A stretch of DNA of 64,000 nucleotides, from contig NIVC01001210.1 in the NCBI GenBank assembly GCA_002269645.1, positions 186,001-250,000 on the forward strand. The letters are read 5' to 3'. Source of the DNA: Macrostomum lignano (Eukaryota). Position numbers and translations under genes: made by a program. The notes beneath the pieces are model-generated. The model made no database searches and had not been told where the DNA came from. It was given only the letters and a program-made list of their open reading frames with translations. The first letter of the stretch is position 1. Every line of letters begins with the position of its first letter. This document shows, one piece after another, positions 1 through 13,156 of the stretch.

Positions 1-1128
1 TCTCTCTCTCTCTCTCTTTCCTAAACGTAGAACTTTGACAAGAAATAACCTCTATATATCTTAAAAGTTACGTGTAATATACTCGTAATTTGCGCAACAC
101 TTTCCTTTGTGGGCTATTAGCTCGTACACTGATCTTCATTACACGTACGCTTGTAATGCTAGCAATGTGACGCCAGTCCATTATCGATTTATTCTTAGAC
201 TGCACCTCATCTGCCCCTCCCCTGTCTAAGGTGCAGTCAGGGCCCCTTCCCTGGCCTCTGAGTCAGCCCCATTCTCTGGAAATGATGTCCTGCACCATTC
301 ACATGCGCTTTATCAAGTAAATAACTTGACCACCTTGCCACCCAAATCTTTATTCACACGGACAATTTAAAACCCAGGATATTTCAAAGCCCGATTTTGT
401 TGTGCCTTGGATTATCCCGGGTAGGTTATCGCAAAGCGACAATAATTTTGCTTTGCGATGTCCCCCGGATAAATTAAGACCCCGGAGAACAGAAAGCCTA
501 ACACCGGACTAAAACAATAGAGAAAGAAAATGTTTACTTTGACGACTGAACGACGCCATTAACTGGCGTGGGTCTAGCGAACAAAAACACGAAGGAACTT
601 TATAAAAGTGACGCTTGAAGCTACAGAACTGCCATTTCGTCTTCGTTTTTGAGAGTTTCGGAAACCGCAGTTGGCTGTAGGAGAAGTATGAAGGGCTTTT
701 GCCAGCTTCCCTTTTTTGCTACCTTATTAGACATATCCTGAGAAAGGTCCGACCAAGCAGAAGCTAACCACTCTGTAGCACCATAAATCAGAATTAGAGT
801 CTAACTGCAGTGGCGCCGGACCTAAGACACCCCCCTCTCGGAAACAAGCCAAATTAGTTCAGTGTTGCACAGTTTCTGGGCCCAGTAACAGCCAAGAAGA
901 CCACGGACAAATAAGGAGAATTTCTGAGTTGATTGATGGCTCAGTCTACGTAGGCTGCGTGTTTTCTGCCAGTTGAGCTTGTCTCGGGTGCTTTGGTTTG
1001 CATTTTTTGCCCAGATTTTTACGATTTTTTTCTCGCGAAAAGATTCGGAAGATGATCATGGTAGTATGCCTTCTGCTCATAAAAAGGCACTTGTTTGTCG
1101 GTTTGAAGAAGCATAGAACTAATGTTGC

Positions 1129-1740
1129 CGTAGCTTGACGTTTCGGTGTGTGACTCACTGTAGCTTGACGTTTCGGTGTGTGACTCACTGTAGCTTGGAG
1201 GTTTCGGTGTGTGACTCACTGTAGCTTGGAGGTTTCGGTGTGTGACTCACTGTAGCTTGGAGGTTTCGGTGTGTGACTCACTGTAGCTTGGAGGTTTCGG
1301 TGTGTGACTCACTGTAGCTTGGAGGTTTCGGTGTGTGACTCACTGTAGCTTGGAGGTTTCGGTGTGTGACTCACTGTAGCTTGGAGGTTTCGGTGTGTGA
1401 CTCACTGTAGCTTGACGTTTCGGTGTGTGACTCATTGTAGCTTGAAGGTTTCGGTGTGTGACTCACTGTAGCTTGGAGGTTTCGGTGTGTGACTCATTGT
1501 AGCTTGGAGGTTTCGGTGTGTGACTCACTGTAGCTTGACGTTTCGGTGTGTGACTCACTGTAGCTTGGAGGTTTCGGTGTGTGACTCATTGTAGCTTGGA
1601 CGTTTCGGTGTGTGACTCACTGTAGCTTGGAGGTTTCAGTGTGTGACTCACTAGCTTGACGTTTCGGTGTGTGACTCACTGTAGCTTGAAGTTTCGGTGT
1701 GACTCACTGTAGCTTGACGTTTCGGTGTGTGACTCAGTGT
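1129..1740. repeat. Tandem array, 30-31 bp unit (CTGTAGCTTGGAGGTTTCGGTGTGTGACTCA)
   Basis: About 20 near-identical head-to-tail copies read directly from the sequence. Confidence 0.95.
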
Positions 1741-2149
1741 AGCCGTGCTGTGTGAGCTCTATAGTGTGAGAACTATTCGATAGTAGTAAGACCACCATGC
1801 ACAATATCACTGTTACTCTTTAAATTCTATCGCTAAAAACTCGCAGGTCGAACTTCAGTCCCTGGCTGCGCAGAGAATGCGGCGACCTGAAACGACAGCG
1901 CTGCGATTCGATCGTTTGGGAGATGGAGAAACAGCGCGAACTCTATAGAGAGATGTGGACTGAGACGGCCAATCCCGCAAGAGTTAGCTTCATCCGGGAC
2001 TCAATAAAGTGAGACTTTAAAGCTGCCGATTTTTTATTTATTTTACATTTTCAAACTTTCCAAATTTGCTAAATGTTTGGGAGAAAAACTTAATCGGTCT
2101 AAACTTGGTTTGAAATGTGGTCAAGTTTTTTTTCGGGACACATTGATGC

Positions 2150-2465
2150 GGTCCAGTTTCCCCGAACACTGATGAGATCCTTTTTCCCCGAACACAATGA
2201 TGAGATCCTGTTTCTGTGAACACAATGATGCGGTCCAGTTTCTGTGAACACAATGATGCGGTCCAGTTTCTGTGAACACAATGATGCGGTCCAGTTTCCC
2301 CGAACACAATGATGCGGTCCAATTTCCCCGAACACAATGATGCGGTCCAATTTTCCCGAACACAATGATGCGGTCCAATTTCCCCGAACACAATGATGCG
2401 GTCCAGTTTCCCCGAACACAATGATGCGGTCCAGTTTCTGTGAACACAATGATGCGGTCCAGTTT
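2150..2465. repeat. Tandem array, ~28 bp unit (CCGAACACAATGATGCGGTCCAGTTTCC)
   Basis: Head-to-tail copies; explains the three overlapping repetitive minus-strand ORFs. Confidence 0.92.
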
Positions 2466-3169
2466 TTGCGGAGACGATATTAAAATTGCGCCAAGCGGTT
2501 CAATAAGAGTTTTCATCTAGCAGTTTTCTTCGATCGAACCCAGCAAAACAGTTAAGCATTCTGATGGACCAGTGTGGAAAGAAGAAATAGGAAATTTCGG
2601 TCCGGTGCGCGCAAGCGAGGGGAAACTTTTATTTTTGGCGAAACAGTCCAGAAATTGAGCGGAGAAAGCGAGAGTGGAAAGGGAGTGAGGGTGATGCCGA
2701 TAATGGGAAATTGATCAGCGAAGCTGTGGGGTGCCAGCGGCCACTCTTCATCTTCACCATCGAGAATTTTATTTCTCAGTCCCGACTTGACGGGTCAGGG
2801 AGCACAGCTGGGCTCTCGAATCGGGGAGGGGGATAAGTCGCGAAGGATAAGGCCCGGAATCGGAATAGATCCCCGGTAGCCAATGCCGGACTTGGCATCT
2901 TTGACGGATGCGTGGAGAGGATGATGAAGCTTTGGATTCTTTCCCAGCGCTGTTAGACGACAAAAAGATAAACAGAAGCTCCGCGTGTGCAATTGCCCAT
3001 CACTTCAGCATCCACTGCGTGGGCGCGATGGTTTGCCATGGTGGAATGGCCCTAAAAAGAGTTGTATTTTTTGTCCGAAAATTCGGTGAGGGAATCACTT
3101 CTTTGCTATCTGCGCAGCTGCACTGCGTTTAACTTCACATGTGAATGTCTAAACCAGAAGACATTCTAC

Positions 3170-3660
3170 TCTAGAATCCCTACCCCAGAGTACACAGCGT
3201 CACATAAAGTCAGATCCAGGATGTCTTCCTCAGAGTACACTGCGGCACATAAAATCAGATCCAGGATGTCTTCTTCAGAGTACACTGCGTCACATAAAGT
3301 CAGATCCAGGATCTCTTCCTCAGAGTACACTGCGTCACATAAAGTCAGATCTAGGATCTCTTCCTCAGAGCACAGTGCATCACATAAAGTCAGATCCAGG
3401 ATCTCTTCCTCGGAGTACACTGCGTCACATAAGTCAGATCCAGGGTCTCTTCATCAGAGTACACTGCGTCACATAAAGTCAGATCCAGGATGTCTTCTTC
3501 AGAGTACACTGCGTCACATAAGTCAGATCCAGGGTCTCTTCCTCAGAGTACACTGCGTCACATAAAGTCAGATCCAGGATGTCTTCCTTAGAGTACACTG
3601 CATCACATAAAGTCAGATCCATTGATCTCTTCCTCGGAGTACACTGCGGCACATAAAAGA
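3170..3660. repeat. Tandem array, 45 bp unit (CAGAGTACACTGCGTCACATAAAGTCAGATCCAGGATCTCTTCCT)
   Basis: About 11 copies, just upstream of the DEG/ENaC exon acceptor. Confidence 0.93.
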
Positions 3661-3720
3661 AGTCTATATTGCTCTTTATTCCTTTTATTGACTCCATTAA
3701 TCGCAATACTATGCCCCCAG

Positions 3721-4264
3721 ATCAGTCACGAACGACAGCAACATACCTCCGGAGTCAGGTCCCATGCTGCGCCGAGCTCGCCTCGAGCTCAGCAACTTCA
3801 TCATGGTGGCTTCAAGGGAGCGCGTCGAAGTTGTCTACGAAGAGCCGGAGTACCCGCTGTCGCAGCTTCTCTCCGACATTGGAGGCTTGATGGGACTCTA
3901 CCTCGGCGTCTCCGTCGTTGGCCTCTGCGAATTATTCGAAGTCCTACTCCTGCTGTTGAAGAATCTCCTGTGGAAGCATCGGACAGCGGCAGCGAATTCT
4001 TCGTCATCCTCAGCGATGGTGGCGCCGGTGAACGGCAGAGGCGAGGCGGCTGCAAGAGCATCAGCTGAGCTACCGTTGGTCCAGACTGCACCGTGTGCAG
4101 CAAGCATTGATGTGTCACCACCGATGCCGCCTCCGCTGCCGACCGCCGCCAGTCTCTACCAACGCTTAGACGGCTCCTGCCACCAGCCGTCGATGACGCG
4201 GTCAAAGACGCTCTACTCGCTGGACGATGCTTACCTGATAGGCCACGAAGGAGGCGGTCAGTGA
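3721..4264 (+). CDS. DEG/ENaC (amiloride-sensitive sodium channel family) terminal coding exon: TM2 and cytoplasmic tail
   Basis: Acceptor CCCCAG at 3715-3720. The frame gives EEPEYPLSQLLSDIGGLMGLYLGVSVVGLCELFE, the family pre-TM2/TM2 signature with the G-x-S selectivity motif. Stop at 4262-4264, AATAAA at 4582. Upstream exons were not found in the window. Confidence 0.9.
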
Positions 4265-5100
4265 GGAGTCAGGCGGACAGACTTTCAATGCGAGTGGATG
4301 CAGATAGATTTTGGCCACTTGGAATCGCGAGATGCCCTAGCAGCAAGAACTGTTGCTATTTAATTATTCCAGAGCAAGTCACTCTTTGAAGGAACTGGTT
4401 TAAAAAATTCGCTTGCAAATGTATATACGGTCGTATATTGCTTCCGGTTTGGCTTTTGTGTGCCCTTTAGTAAGCATTCCATTCACGCAGTTGACTGGTG
4501 AGAACGAGATTGCCAGCAATTCCGTGTCGATTTCTAGGACTTGGATTCGGTAAAACTTTTATTACAAAAACTTTCAATAGTAATAAAACGAGGGACATGC
4601 AGCTACCTCATTACTCGTATGCATTGCATTTTACACTTGTGTAGACAGACTTTTTCGTTCGAGAGCTCATATGTGGGGGGGGGGGGCAGGGCAGCTCAAT
4701 GATAAACGCATCTGACTCAAGGACCGCTGAAAGTTGCCGTTTTATCAGTACATAACACTCCGTAAATATTGCAACATTTTTTGAAGATCCGCTTCTTTAT
4801 GGAGCAGTTTTCTCCTAGAACTGGGAAATCGCTCCGGGCATGGGGAGCCGAGACAGCGAGAAACTGTCAGAAGGGCGCGCCAGTCTGTGAATGTAATAAA
4901 ATGCATTAGTTTTGCCCGTGCTCAGATCACCCGTTACAGCTTCAACGTTAATAGTGCAAGAGCTGAGCACTGCTCAGGATGCGGCCTAATAAAATCAAAC
5001 CCGACAAGCGCCCGAGACCGCACTGAAGCATCTTAATGGGGAGAGTGGGAGAGACCGGGGTGCCTCCCAACTCTGGGCGGCTTTTAGTAGCTGTGTTCTG

Positions 5101-6130
5101 CGAGACACCCATCTGAATGAGACACCCATCTGAATGAGACACCCATCTGAATAAGACACCCATCTGAATGAGACACCCATCTGAATGAGACACCCATCTG
5201 AATGAGACACCATCTGAATGGGACACCCATCTGAATGAGACACCCATCTGAATAAGACACCTATCTGAATGAGACACCCATCTGAATGAGACACCCATCT
5301 GAATAAGACACCCATCTGAATGAGACACCCATCTGAATGAGACACCCATCTGAATGAGACACCATCTGAATGGGACACCCATCTGAATGAGACACCCATC
5401 TGAATAAGACACCTATCTGAATGAGACACCCATCTGAATAAGACACCCATCTGAATGAGACACCCATCTGAATGAGACACCCATCTGAATGAGACACACA
5501 TCTGAATGAGACACCCATCTGAATGAGACACCCATCTGAATGAGACACCCATCTGAATGAGACAGCCATCTGAATGAGACACCCATCTGAATGAGACACC
5601 CATCTGAATGAGACACCCATCTGAATGAGACACCCACCTGAATAAGACACCCATCTGAATGAGACATCCATCTAAATGAGACACCCATCTGAATGAGACA
5701 CCCATCTGAATGAGACACCCATCTGAATGAGACACCCATCTGAATGAGACACCCATCTGAATGTGACACCCATCTGAATGAGACACCCATCTGAATGAGA
5801 CACCCATCTGAATGAGACACCCATCTGAATGAGACACCCATCTGAATGAGACACCCATCTGAATGAGACACCCATCTGAATAAGACACCCATCTGAATGA
5901 GACACCCATCTGAATGAGACACCCATCTGAATGAGACACCCATCTGAATGAGACACCCATCTGAATGAGACAGCCATCTGAATGAGACAGCCATCTGAAT
6001 GAGACACCCATCTGAATGAGACACCCATCTGAATGAGACACCCATCTGAATGAGACACCCATCTGAATAAGACACCCATCTGAATGAGACACCCATCTGA
6101 ATGAGACACCCATCTAAATGAGACACCCAA
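5101..6130. repeat. Tandem array, 17 bp unit (GAGACACCCATCTGAAT)
   Basis: About 60 copies; the 17-aa periodic ORFs equal 3 units. Confidence 0.97.
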
Positions 6131-7212
6131 ATACCACTCTGAATGAAAAAATATTCAAATGAGATTTTGAATAAATTTCACTAAGTTAAAATAAAATAAA
6201 ATAAAGAACCTGACTAGATTACTAAGAGTACGAAGTCAGGGTCCTGTGTCAGACGGCATGAAAGATTTTAATAATTTAGAGGATGACTTCTGCTCCAGTA
6301 AGCAGAACGCAGTCACAGCTTCAGTCTGCCTCATCCGTTTCAAGGATATTCAAGCCCATTGTTCCATATCAGTAAAAAAATCCTAAATAGGAAGAAATTA
6401 TTAAAATGAAGAGCAATTTTAATTTCCTGAATTCGTGACAGTCTGCTGGCTACAGAGAATGAAGTTTAACGATTGGCAGTCAATAATTTCCCTGGATAAA
6501 ATACCTCTGTTTTCTGGCGCTGAAAATTTGTTAATATTTCTGATTTCAAACAAAATTTCATTGCTTTAAAGGAAATGGTAAAATCAAAGCAATCGTTGCA
6601 ATATTCGAAGCCTTGCTTCAAAGCAATTACAAATATATTAATTTTGCCTGGTTGCTCCCCCCTCACCGGTTCTTGGTCAGGCAAACTGAAAGTGAAGCCG
6701 AACAAGTTGAGAAGTTCCATTTGGCAACAGCATGGATTTAGCTGGCAAGAGCAAAATTTGCTTACAAACCAAAGTTACGAATTCATGATTATTTATGCGC
6801 TCAAAGAAAAATTTCTAAATTTAAAGAAACAAGTCTTCTTATATATTGGATCATAAATTGAATTTCATCCGTCTCAGAGACGTCCATGCGACCTAAAAAA
6901 CTACGCATTGAAGATGTCCGACTTTCTGTACTTGATACGTAAATTTGTTATAGGGGTCTGCAGGTCCTAAAAACGTTCTCTTAGCATACATAGTCTGATC
7001 TTTCATATTTCTGCTTTTGCCTTCCTAAATTTCTAGATTTGTCGTCCAGATTTCTAGCAGCTGACTTGGTGATGAAACCGTCCGATTCTTGACATCTGCA
7101 GTTGAAATTGCAGTGAAAATTAATATCGCCACGAAATGCAATGCCTGGTGATGAAGAACCAATGCTTTGAAACACTGGTTGAGGCAGAGATCGGCAGGTA
7201 CTTGAAGGTCCC

Positions 7213-7650
7213 TTGCTGTCTGGGGGATGCTTGCTGTCTGGGGGATGCTTGCTATCTGGGGGATACTTGCTGTCTGGGGGATGCTTGCTGTCTGGGGGAT
7301 GCTTGCTGTCTGGGGGATACTTGCTGTCTGGGGGATGCTTGCTGTCTGGGGGATGCTTGCTGTCTGGGGGATGCTTGCTGTCTGGGGGATGCTTGCTGTC
7401 TGGGGGATGCTTGCTGTCTGGGGGATGCTTGCTGTCTGGGGGATGCTTGCTGTCTGGGGGATGCTTGCTGTCTGGGGGATGCTTGCTGTCTGGGGGATGC
7501 TTGCTGTCTGGGGGATGCTTGCTGTCTGGGGGATGCTTGCTGTCTGGGGGATGCTTGCTGTCTGGGGGATGCTTGCTGTCTGGGGGATGCTTGTTGTCTG
7601 GGGGATGCTTGCTGTCTGGGGGATGCTTGCTGTCTGGGGGATGCTTGCTA
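7213..7650. repeat. Tandem array, 18 bp unit (TGCTTGCTGTCTGGGGGA)
   Basis: About 24 near-perfect copies; open in several frames on both strands, so most likely non-coding. Confidence 0.96.
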
Positions 7651-7879
7651 TATGGAGGATGCTGAGATCGATGAATTGAAACAATTCAATTAGCAAAATT
7701 TATTTTTACGATGCTTTTCCCTTTAACTTTCCCTTTAAAAACCCCTTTGCCCCACTAACAGGTTATTCCCTTTAAAAAGACAGAGGATGATGAGGCAGTT
7801 ATGCAATACAAGAGACCTAAATAAGTTTCTTACAATCGCTGAAGCAGCAGCTGTCTCCTCTTTCATTAGAATTTTTCTG

Positions 7880-8120
7880 CAAAGATCTATCTATCTATGA
7901 TTCATAGATCTATCTATTCATAACTAATTCATAGATCTATCTAGGAATCAACTGTAGGTCTATCTATGAATAATCTGTGGATCATCTGTACAGTAGATCT
8001 ATCTATGGATTATCTATAGAACTAACTGTAGATCAATCTATGAATCATCTGTAGATCAATCTAGTAATCATCTGTAGATCTATCTATAGATCATCTGTAG
8101 ATTTATCTATGAATAATCTG
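7880..8120. repeat. Degenerate AT-rich tandem repeat (GATCTATCTATGAATCATCTGTA-like)
   Basis: Recurrent ATCTATCTA and TCATCTGTAGATC motifs. Confidence 0.6.
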
Positions 8121-9195
8121 TACGAGCCTACGTACCTCATACGATCGTACTTTATTTTTCCACAATGATTCGTGATTTCAATATAATTATAATAAAGACT
8201 AGAGACCAAGCTAGGTCCCAAGCCTCACAGACCTAGTTTTGCTGGTTTTCGTGACCTATGGAGACTCAAATGATGGGGGGGGGGAGAACATTATACTAAT
8301 TAAGCTATTGAAAGTGTTTTAGGTCAAAGCTTCCAAAGGGGGAGCTGAACTAGTCCACTATCACTAAATTTCTACATTATACAAAGCCGTGTACTGTTGC
8401 CCTGACTCGCGAATGCCATTTAAGGACTTGCCCCACGCTGTCACTGAATATCAGGAGTGCATGCTAATGCGATAAAAATAGATCTGAATGTAGAAAGTAA
8501 AAGTCTATTTTCGGTTCACTTTCGTCCAGCATTAGCTGGTAAAACAGAAAAAGAGCTGTTCTTTGATTAACGTGCGATGCGATATTAAGTATTTTTCTGC
8601 GTGGGAGAAAAGCACATTGATTGCACATCGAAAGTAAACCCGGGAGTCATCAAGTACGAATGCTAGTTGAAATTTTTGATTGGTAAAAAAAGCTCTTCGA
8701 GACGTCTTGATGCGTTTCTCAATGTGAGAATACACTGCATTGAAATCAAGGGTTTCGGATCAACCTATTTATAGTAAGCATGAGTCCCACTCTCAATCAT
8801 GCCCCCATTCTGATTTTTAGGACCAATTCGTGACAATTAGAGGGGCGGCAGCCGTTAATCCCCACCCCCATTAACTAGCTGATGAATTATTCATTTTGTC
8901 TCCTACCTGCAGCCAGGCCGCTAAGACACACACTGCATGCTACTCGTTCAGCTGCATTGGCTGAACCCAAGGAGGTCTAGAGCCATGACCTGGCTCGAGA
9001 GCTCTTCCTCAGATCGCTCACTGTTTAGAAACAAAAGCTAAATCTTTTCTTTCACGATTTTAAGTTCGACTGGCTAATATCGGTCTAAGCTTGGTCAAAG
9101 ATGCTTTACTTAGAAAATATGACAGTTTTTTTAGTCAATAATAATCATTAATATTAGTTATTATCCCCCCGTGCCTTGAGGGTTGTGCCTAGTTG

Positions 9196-10727
9196 GATTG
9201 TAGCCTAGGGGGGGGGGGTTGTAGCCTAGGGGGTTGTAGCCTAGGGGGTTTGTAGCCTAGGGGGGTTTGTAGCTTAGGGGGGTTGTAGCCTAGGGGGTTT
9301 GTAGCCTAGGGGGGTTTGTAGCTTAGGGGGGTTGTAGCCTAGGGGGGTTGTAGCTTAGGGGTTTGTAGCCTAGGGGTTTTTAGCCTAAGGGTTTGTAGCC
9401 TAGGGGTTTGTAGCCTAAGGGTTTGTAGCCTAGGGGTTTGTAGCCTAGGGGGTTGTAGCCTAGGGGGGTTTGTAGCCTAGGGGGTGGTTGTAGCCTAGGG
9501 GTTTGTAGCCTATGGGGGGTTGTAGCCTAGGGGGGTTGTGGCCTAGGGGTTTGTAGCCTAGGGGTTTGTAGCCCAGGGGTTTGTAGCCTAGGGGTTTGTA
9601 GCCCAGGGGTTTGTAGCCCAGGGGGGTTTGTAGCCCAGGGGGGTTGTAGCCTAGGGGTTTGTAGCCCAGGGGGGTTGTAGCCTAGGGGTTTGTAGCCCAG
9701 GGGGGTTGTAGCCCAGGGGGGTTGTAGCCCAGGGGGTTGTAGCCCAGGGGGGTTGTAGCCCAGGGTGGTTGTAGCCTAGGGGGTTGTAGCCTAGGGGGTT
9801 GTAGCCCAGGGGGGTTGTAGCCTAGGGGGTTTGTGGCCTAGGGGTTTGTAGCGCAGGGGGGTTTGTAGCGCAGGGGGGTTTGTAGCCCAGGGGGGTTGTA
9901 GCCTAGGGGGTTTGTAGCCTAGGGGTTTGTAGCCCAGGGGGGTTGTAGCCCAGGGGGGTTGTAGCCCAGGGGGGTTGTAGCCCAGGGGGGTTGTAGCCCA
10001 GGGGGGTTGTAGCCTAGGGGTTGTAGCCTAGGGGGTTGTAGCCTAGGGGTTGTAGCCTAGGGGGTTGTAGCCTAGGGGGTTGTAGCCTAGGGGGTTTGTG
10101 GCCTAGGGGTTTGTAGCCCAGGGGGGTTGTAGCCCAGGGGGGTTGTAGCCCAGGGGGGTTGTAGCCCAGGGGGGTTGTAGCCTAGGGGTTGTAGCCTAGG
10201 GGGTTGTAGCCTAGGTGGGTTGTAACCCAGGGGGTTGTAGCCTAGGGGGTTGTAGCCTAGGGGGTTGTAGCCTAGGGGGTTGTAGCCTAGGGGGTTGTAG
10301 CCTAGGGGGTTGTAGCCTAGGTGGGTTGTAGCCTAGGGGTTTGTAGCCCAGGGGGGTTGTAGCCTAGGGGGTTTGTGCCTTGTGGGGTTGTGCCAGGGCG
10401 TTGTGCCTGGAGGTTGTGCCTAGGGGTTTGTGCCTAGGGGGTTGTGCCTGGAGGTTGTGCCTAGGGGGTTTTGCCTGGAGGTTGTGCCTAGGGGGTTGTG
10501 CCTAGGGGGTTGTGCCTGGAGGTTGTGCCTAGGGGGTTGTGCCTAGGGGGTTGTGCCTGGAGGTTGTGCCTAGGGGGTTTTGCCTGGAGGTTGTGCCTAG
10601 GGGGTTGTGCCTAGGGGGTTGTGCCTGGATGTTGTGCCTAGGGGGTTGTGCCTAGGGGGTTGTGCCTGGAGGTTGTGCCTAGGGGGTTTTGCCTGGAGGT
10701 TGTGCCTAGGGGGTTGTGCCTAGGGGG
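9196..10727. repeat. G-rich satellite, ~15-18 bp unit (TTGTAGCCTAGGGGG, variable G-run), grading into TTGTGCCTGGAGG units
   Basis: About 90 copies; abuts a SINE 3' fragment at 10730. Confidence 0.95.
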
Positions 10728-10729
10728 AT

Positions 10730-10800
10730 CCGCGCAATAGCTGCGGCTGAGCTGTCGGTTGCACATCTGGCCATTAGGGCAGATGTAATCAAATTGCTAT
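10730..10800 (+). mobile_element. 3' fragment of the tRNA-derived SINE seen at 53086-53397
   Basis: 43 bp identical to 53310-53352 (CCGCGCAATAGCTGCGGCTGAGCTGTCGGTTGCACATCTGGCC), then similar through TGTAATCAA. Confidence 0.8.
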
Positions 10801-11219
10801 TACACTCGTTTTGTTGTGCATTAAAAACTTATTAATTTTCGAAATGAAGCATAATCCTTTCATTTTTATGGAAACTGCAGAAACACGGCAGTCAGACCGC
10901 ATTATGTCGTGAGAATGAATCGTGAATCCAGACTTCTGGTTCTGGGTCGCCTTGGCTGAACCCGTGAGTACGGCATGCGTTTGGTGCCTGGCAATGTCTC
11001 AATGGCAGCATCATGGCTGGCGTGTTTGCCGAATCTATTCAAAGTGTATGGATGGGGCGGGACGCCTTGGCAAACACGAACTCTGCAAAGCAGGAGGAGC
11101 GCTGCATAAGTGGATGAAAAGCCTGCTCAGTTGTTGAACCGCCTTCTTCCCTTGCTGTACGTCCTTGTAATCGAACCCAGTGGTTACAAACAAATGCGTC
11201 TACATGTCTACATGTAACC

Positions 11220-11985
11220 CAGTGGGTCATTGAGACATTGGGTCACTGATCATGAGACACTGGGTCATTGAGACACTGGGTCATTGAGACATTGGGTCAC
11301 TGATCATGAGACACTGGGTCATTGAGACATTGGGTCACTGATCATGAGACACTGGGTCATTGAGACAGTGGGTCATTGAGACAGTGGGTCATTAACACAT
11401 TGGGTCACTGATCATGAGACACTGGGTCATTGAGACATTGGGTCACTGATCATGAGACACTGGGTCATTGAGACATTGGGTCACTGATCATGAGACACTG
11501 GGTCATTGAGACAGTGGGTCATTAACACATTGGGTCACTGATCATGAGACACTGGGTCATTGAGACAGTGGGTCATTAACACATTGGGTCACTGATCATG
11601 AGACACTGGGTCATTGAGACAGTGGGTCATTAACACATTGGGTCACTGATCATGAGACACTGGGTCATTGAGACAGTGGGTCATTAACACATTGGGTCAC
11701 TGATCATGAGACACTGGGTCATTGAGACAGTGGGTCATTAACACATTGGGTCACTGATCATGAGACACTGGGTCATTGAGACAGTGGGTCATTAACACAT
11801 TGGGTCACTGATCATGAGACACTGGGTCATTGAGACAGTGGGTCATTAACACATTGGGTCACTGATCATGAGACAGTGGGTCGTTAAGACAGTGGGTCAT
11901 TAACACATTGGGTCACTGATCATGAGACAGTGGGTCGTTAAGACAGTGGGTCATTAACACATTGGGTCACTGATCATGAGACGTT
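11220..11985. repeat. Tandem array of 16 bp and 22 bp subunits forming a 54 bp higher-order unit
   Basis: GAGACACTGGGTCATT + GAGACAGTGGGTCATT + AACACATTGGGTCACTGATCAT repeated. Confidence 0.93.
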
Positions 11986-12539
11986 GAGACATTTTGTTAT
12001 TGAGACATTATCGAGACGACACACTCTAATTTTACTGCAGAAATTTCATCGCATATTGGTTCGATGACGAACAAGCTTTGTCAAAATAAAATAGAAAGCA
12101 TTTTTTAAATAGAAAACGTTTTAAAATCCTGATAGCTGGCGTGCCTCATGCAGAGATGCCTCCTTGATTGAGACAGACGGACACACAGAGGAGAGACATG
12201 AGGCAGCAAATCCTGGTGCATGCGCAGAGAGCTCTGCACTTGAACAGCTTGCAGAGCATTAAACACCAACTCCCCCCCTCCGCCTTCCACGAACCCATGG
12301 CCGCTGCCCCTCGCCGTGTTTACCAACCCGATAGCGGAAACTCAGCGTCACGCTCGGAGCCCAGAGCTGCCCATAGATGGCGGTGCCGCGATCGGGGAGG
12401 GGGGGGGTTGCAGGCCTCTCTCAGGACCGCAGCTGACTGAGAGAAATGGCTTGGCCTGACCGATCAAATTCTGAACTCTGTGGCGCCTACAGCTCAACAG
12501 CTTTTCCTTTGTTCTTTTCTACCCTCCTATCCCTGTCTA

Positions 12540-12980
12540 CTTTACCATTCCCTTCCTTCTCTGTCTCTCCCCTCTCTCTCCTCTGTCTCAGTCCCTTCTC
12601 CTCTCTCTCCTCTCTCTCTCTCTCAGTCCCTCTCCTCCTCTCTCTTCTCTGTCTCAGTCCCTCTCCTCCTCTCTCTCCTCTGTCTCAGTCCCTCTCCTTC
12701 TCCTCTCTCTCCTCTGTCTCAGTCCCTCTCCTTCTCCTCTCTCTCCTCTGTCTCAGTCCCTCTCCTTCTCCTCTCTCTCCTCTGTCTCAGTCCCTCTCCT
12801 TCTCCTCTCTCTCCTCTGTCTCAGTCCCTCTCCTTCTCCCCTCTCTCCTCTCTCTCAGTCCCTCCCTTTCTTCTCTCTCTCCCCTCTCTCAGTCCTTCTC
12901 ATTCCCCCCTCTCTCCTTTCCCTCAGTCCTTCTCCTATCCCTCTCTTTCCTCTGTCTCACTCCCTCTCTTATCTCTCTCT
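12540..12980. repeat. Pyrimidine-rich minisatellite (~32 bp, CTCTCTCCTCTGTCTCAGTCCCTCTCCTTCTC)
   Basis: Repeated units, low complexity. Confidence 0.88.
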
Positions 12981-13037
12981 CTCCTCCCTTTTAGTACTTC
13001 ACATTTGCTGCTCGCCATTTACCCTGGCAGGGCTAAA

Positions 13038-13156
13038 CCAGGTCACCAGCCTCTCCTATTGGTTCCGTTGTATTGGCAGGAATTCGCAATCAGGCTACAG
13101 CGAAACAAGCTCGGGACCAATTAGGGCTACGTTGGATTCTGTGAAACAATAAAAGG
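13038..13156 (+). promoter_or_regulatory. Putative core promoter of the neuropeptide precursor gene (CCAAT boxes and TATA-like element)
   Basis: ATTGG near 13038 and 13052, CCAAT near 13098, and CAATAAAAGG near 13147, about 75 bp upstream of the ATG. Motif match only. Confidence 0.3.

Noticed and set aside
190-245. Candidate upstream DEG/ENaC micro-exon (TTAG...AAG|GTGCAG)
   Set aside because: The translations lack the Cys-rich extracellular motifs, and the most similar frame hits a stop.
6130-7210. Possible decayed coding or transposase fragments
   Set aside because: Short ORFs with no recognisable motif or consistent splice sites.
4948-7696. Periodic ORFs such as MGVSFRWVSHSDGCLIQ, CCLGDA and IPQTAS
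   Set aside because: Products of 17 bp and 18 bp satellites. They are open in multiple frames and show no synonymous-site variation or splice context.
12105-12440. Short GC-richer ORFs upstream of the neuropeptide gene
   Set aside because: No homology, splice consistency or codon bias that I can support.
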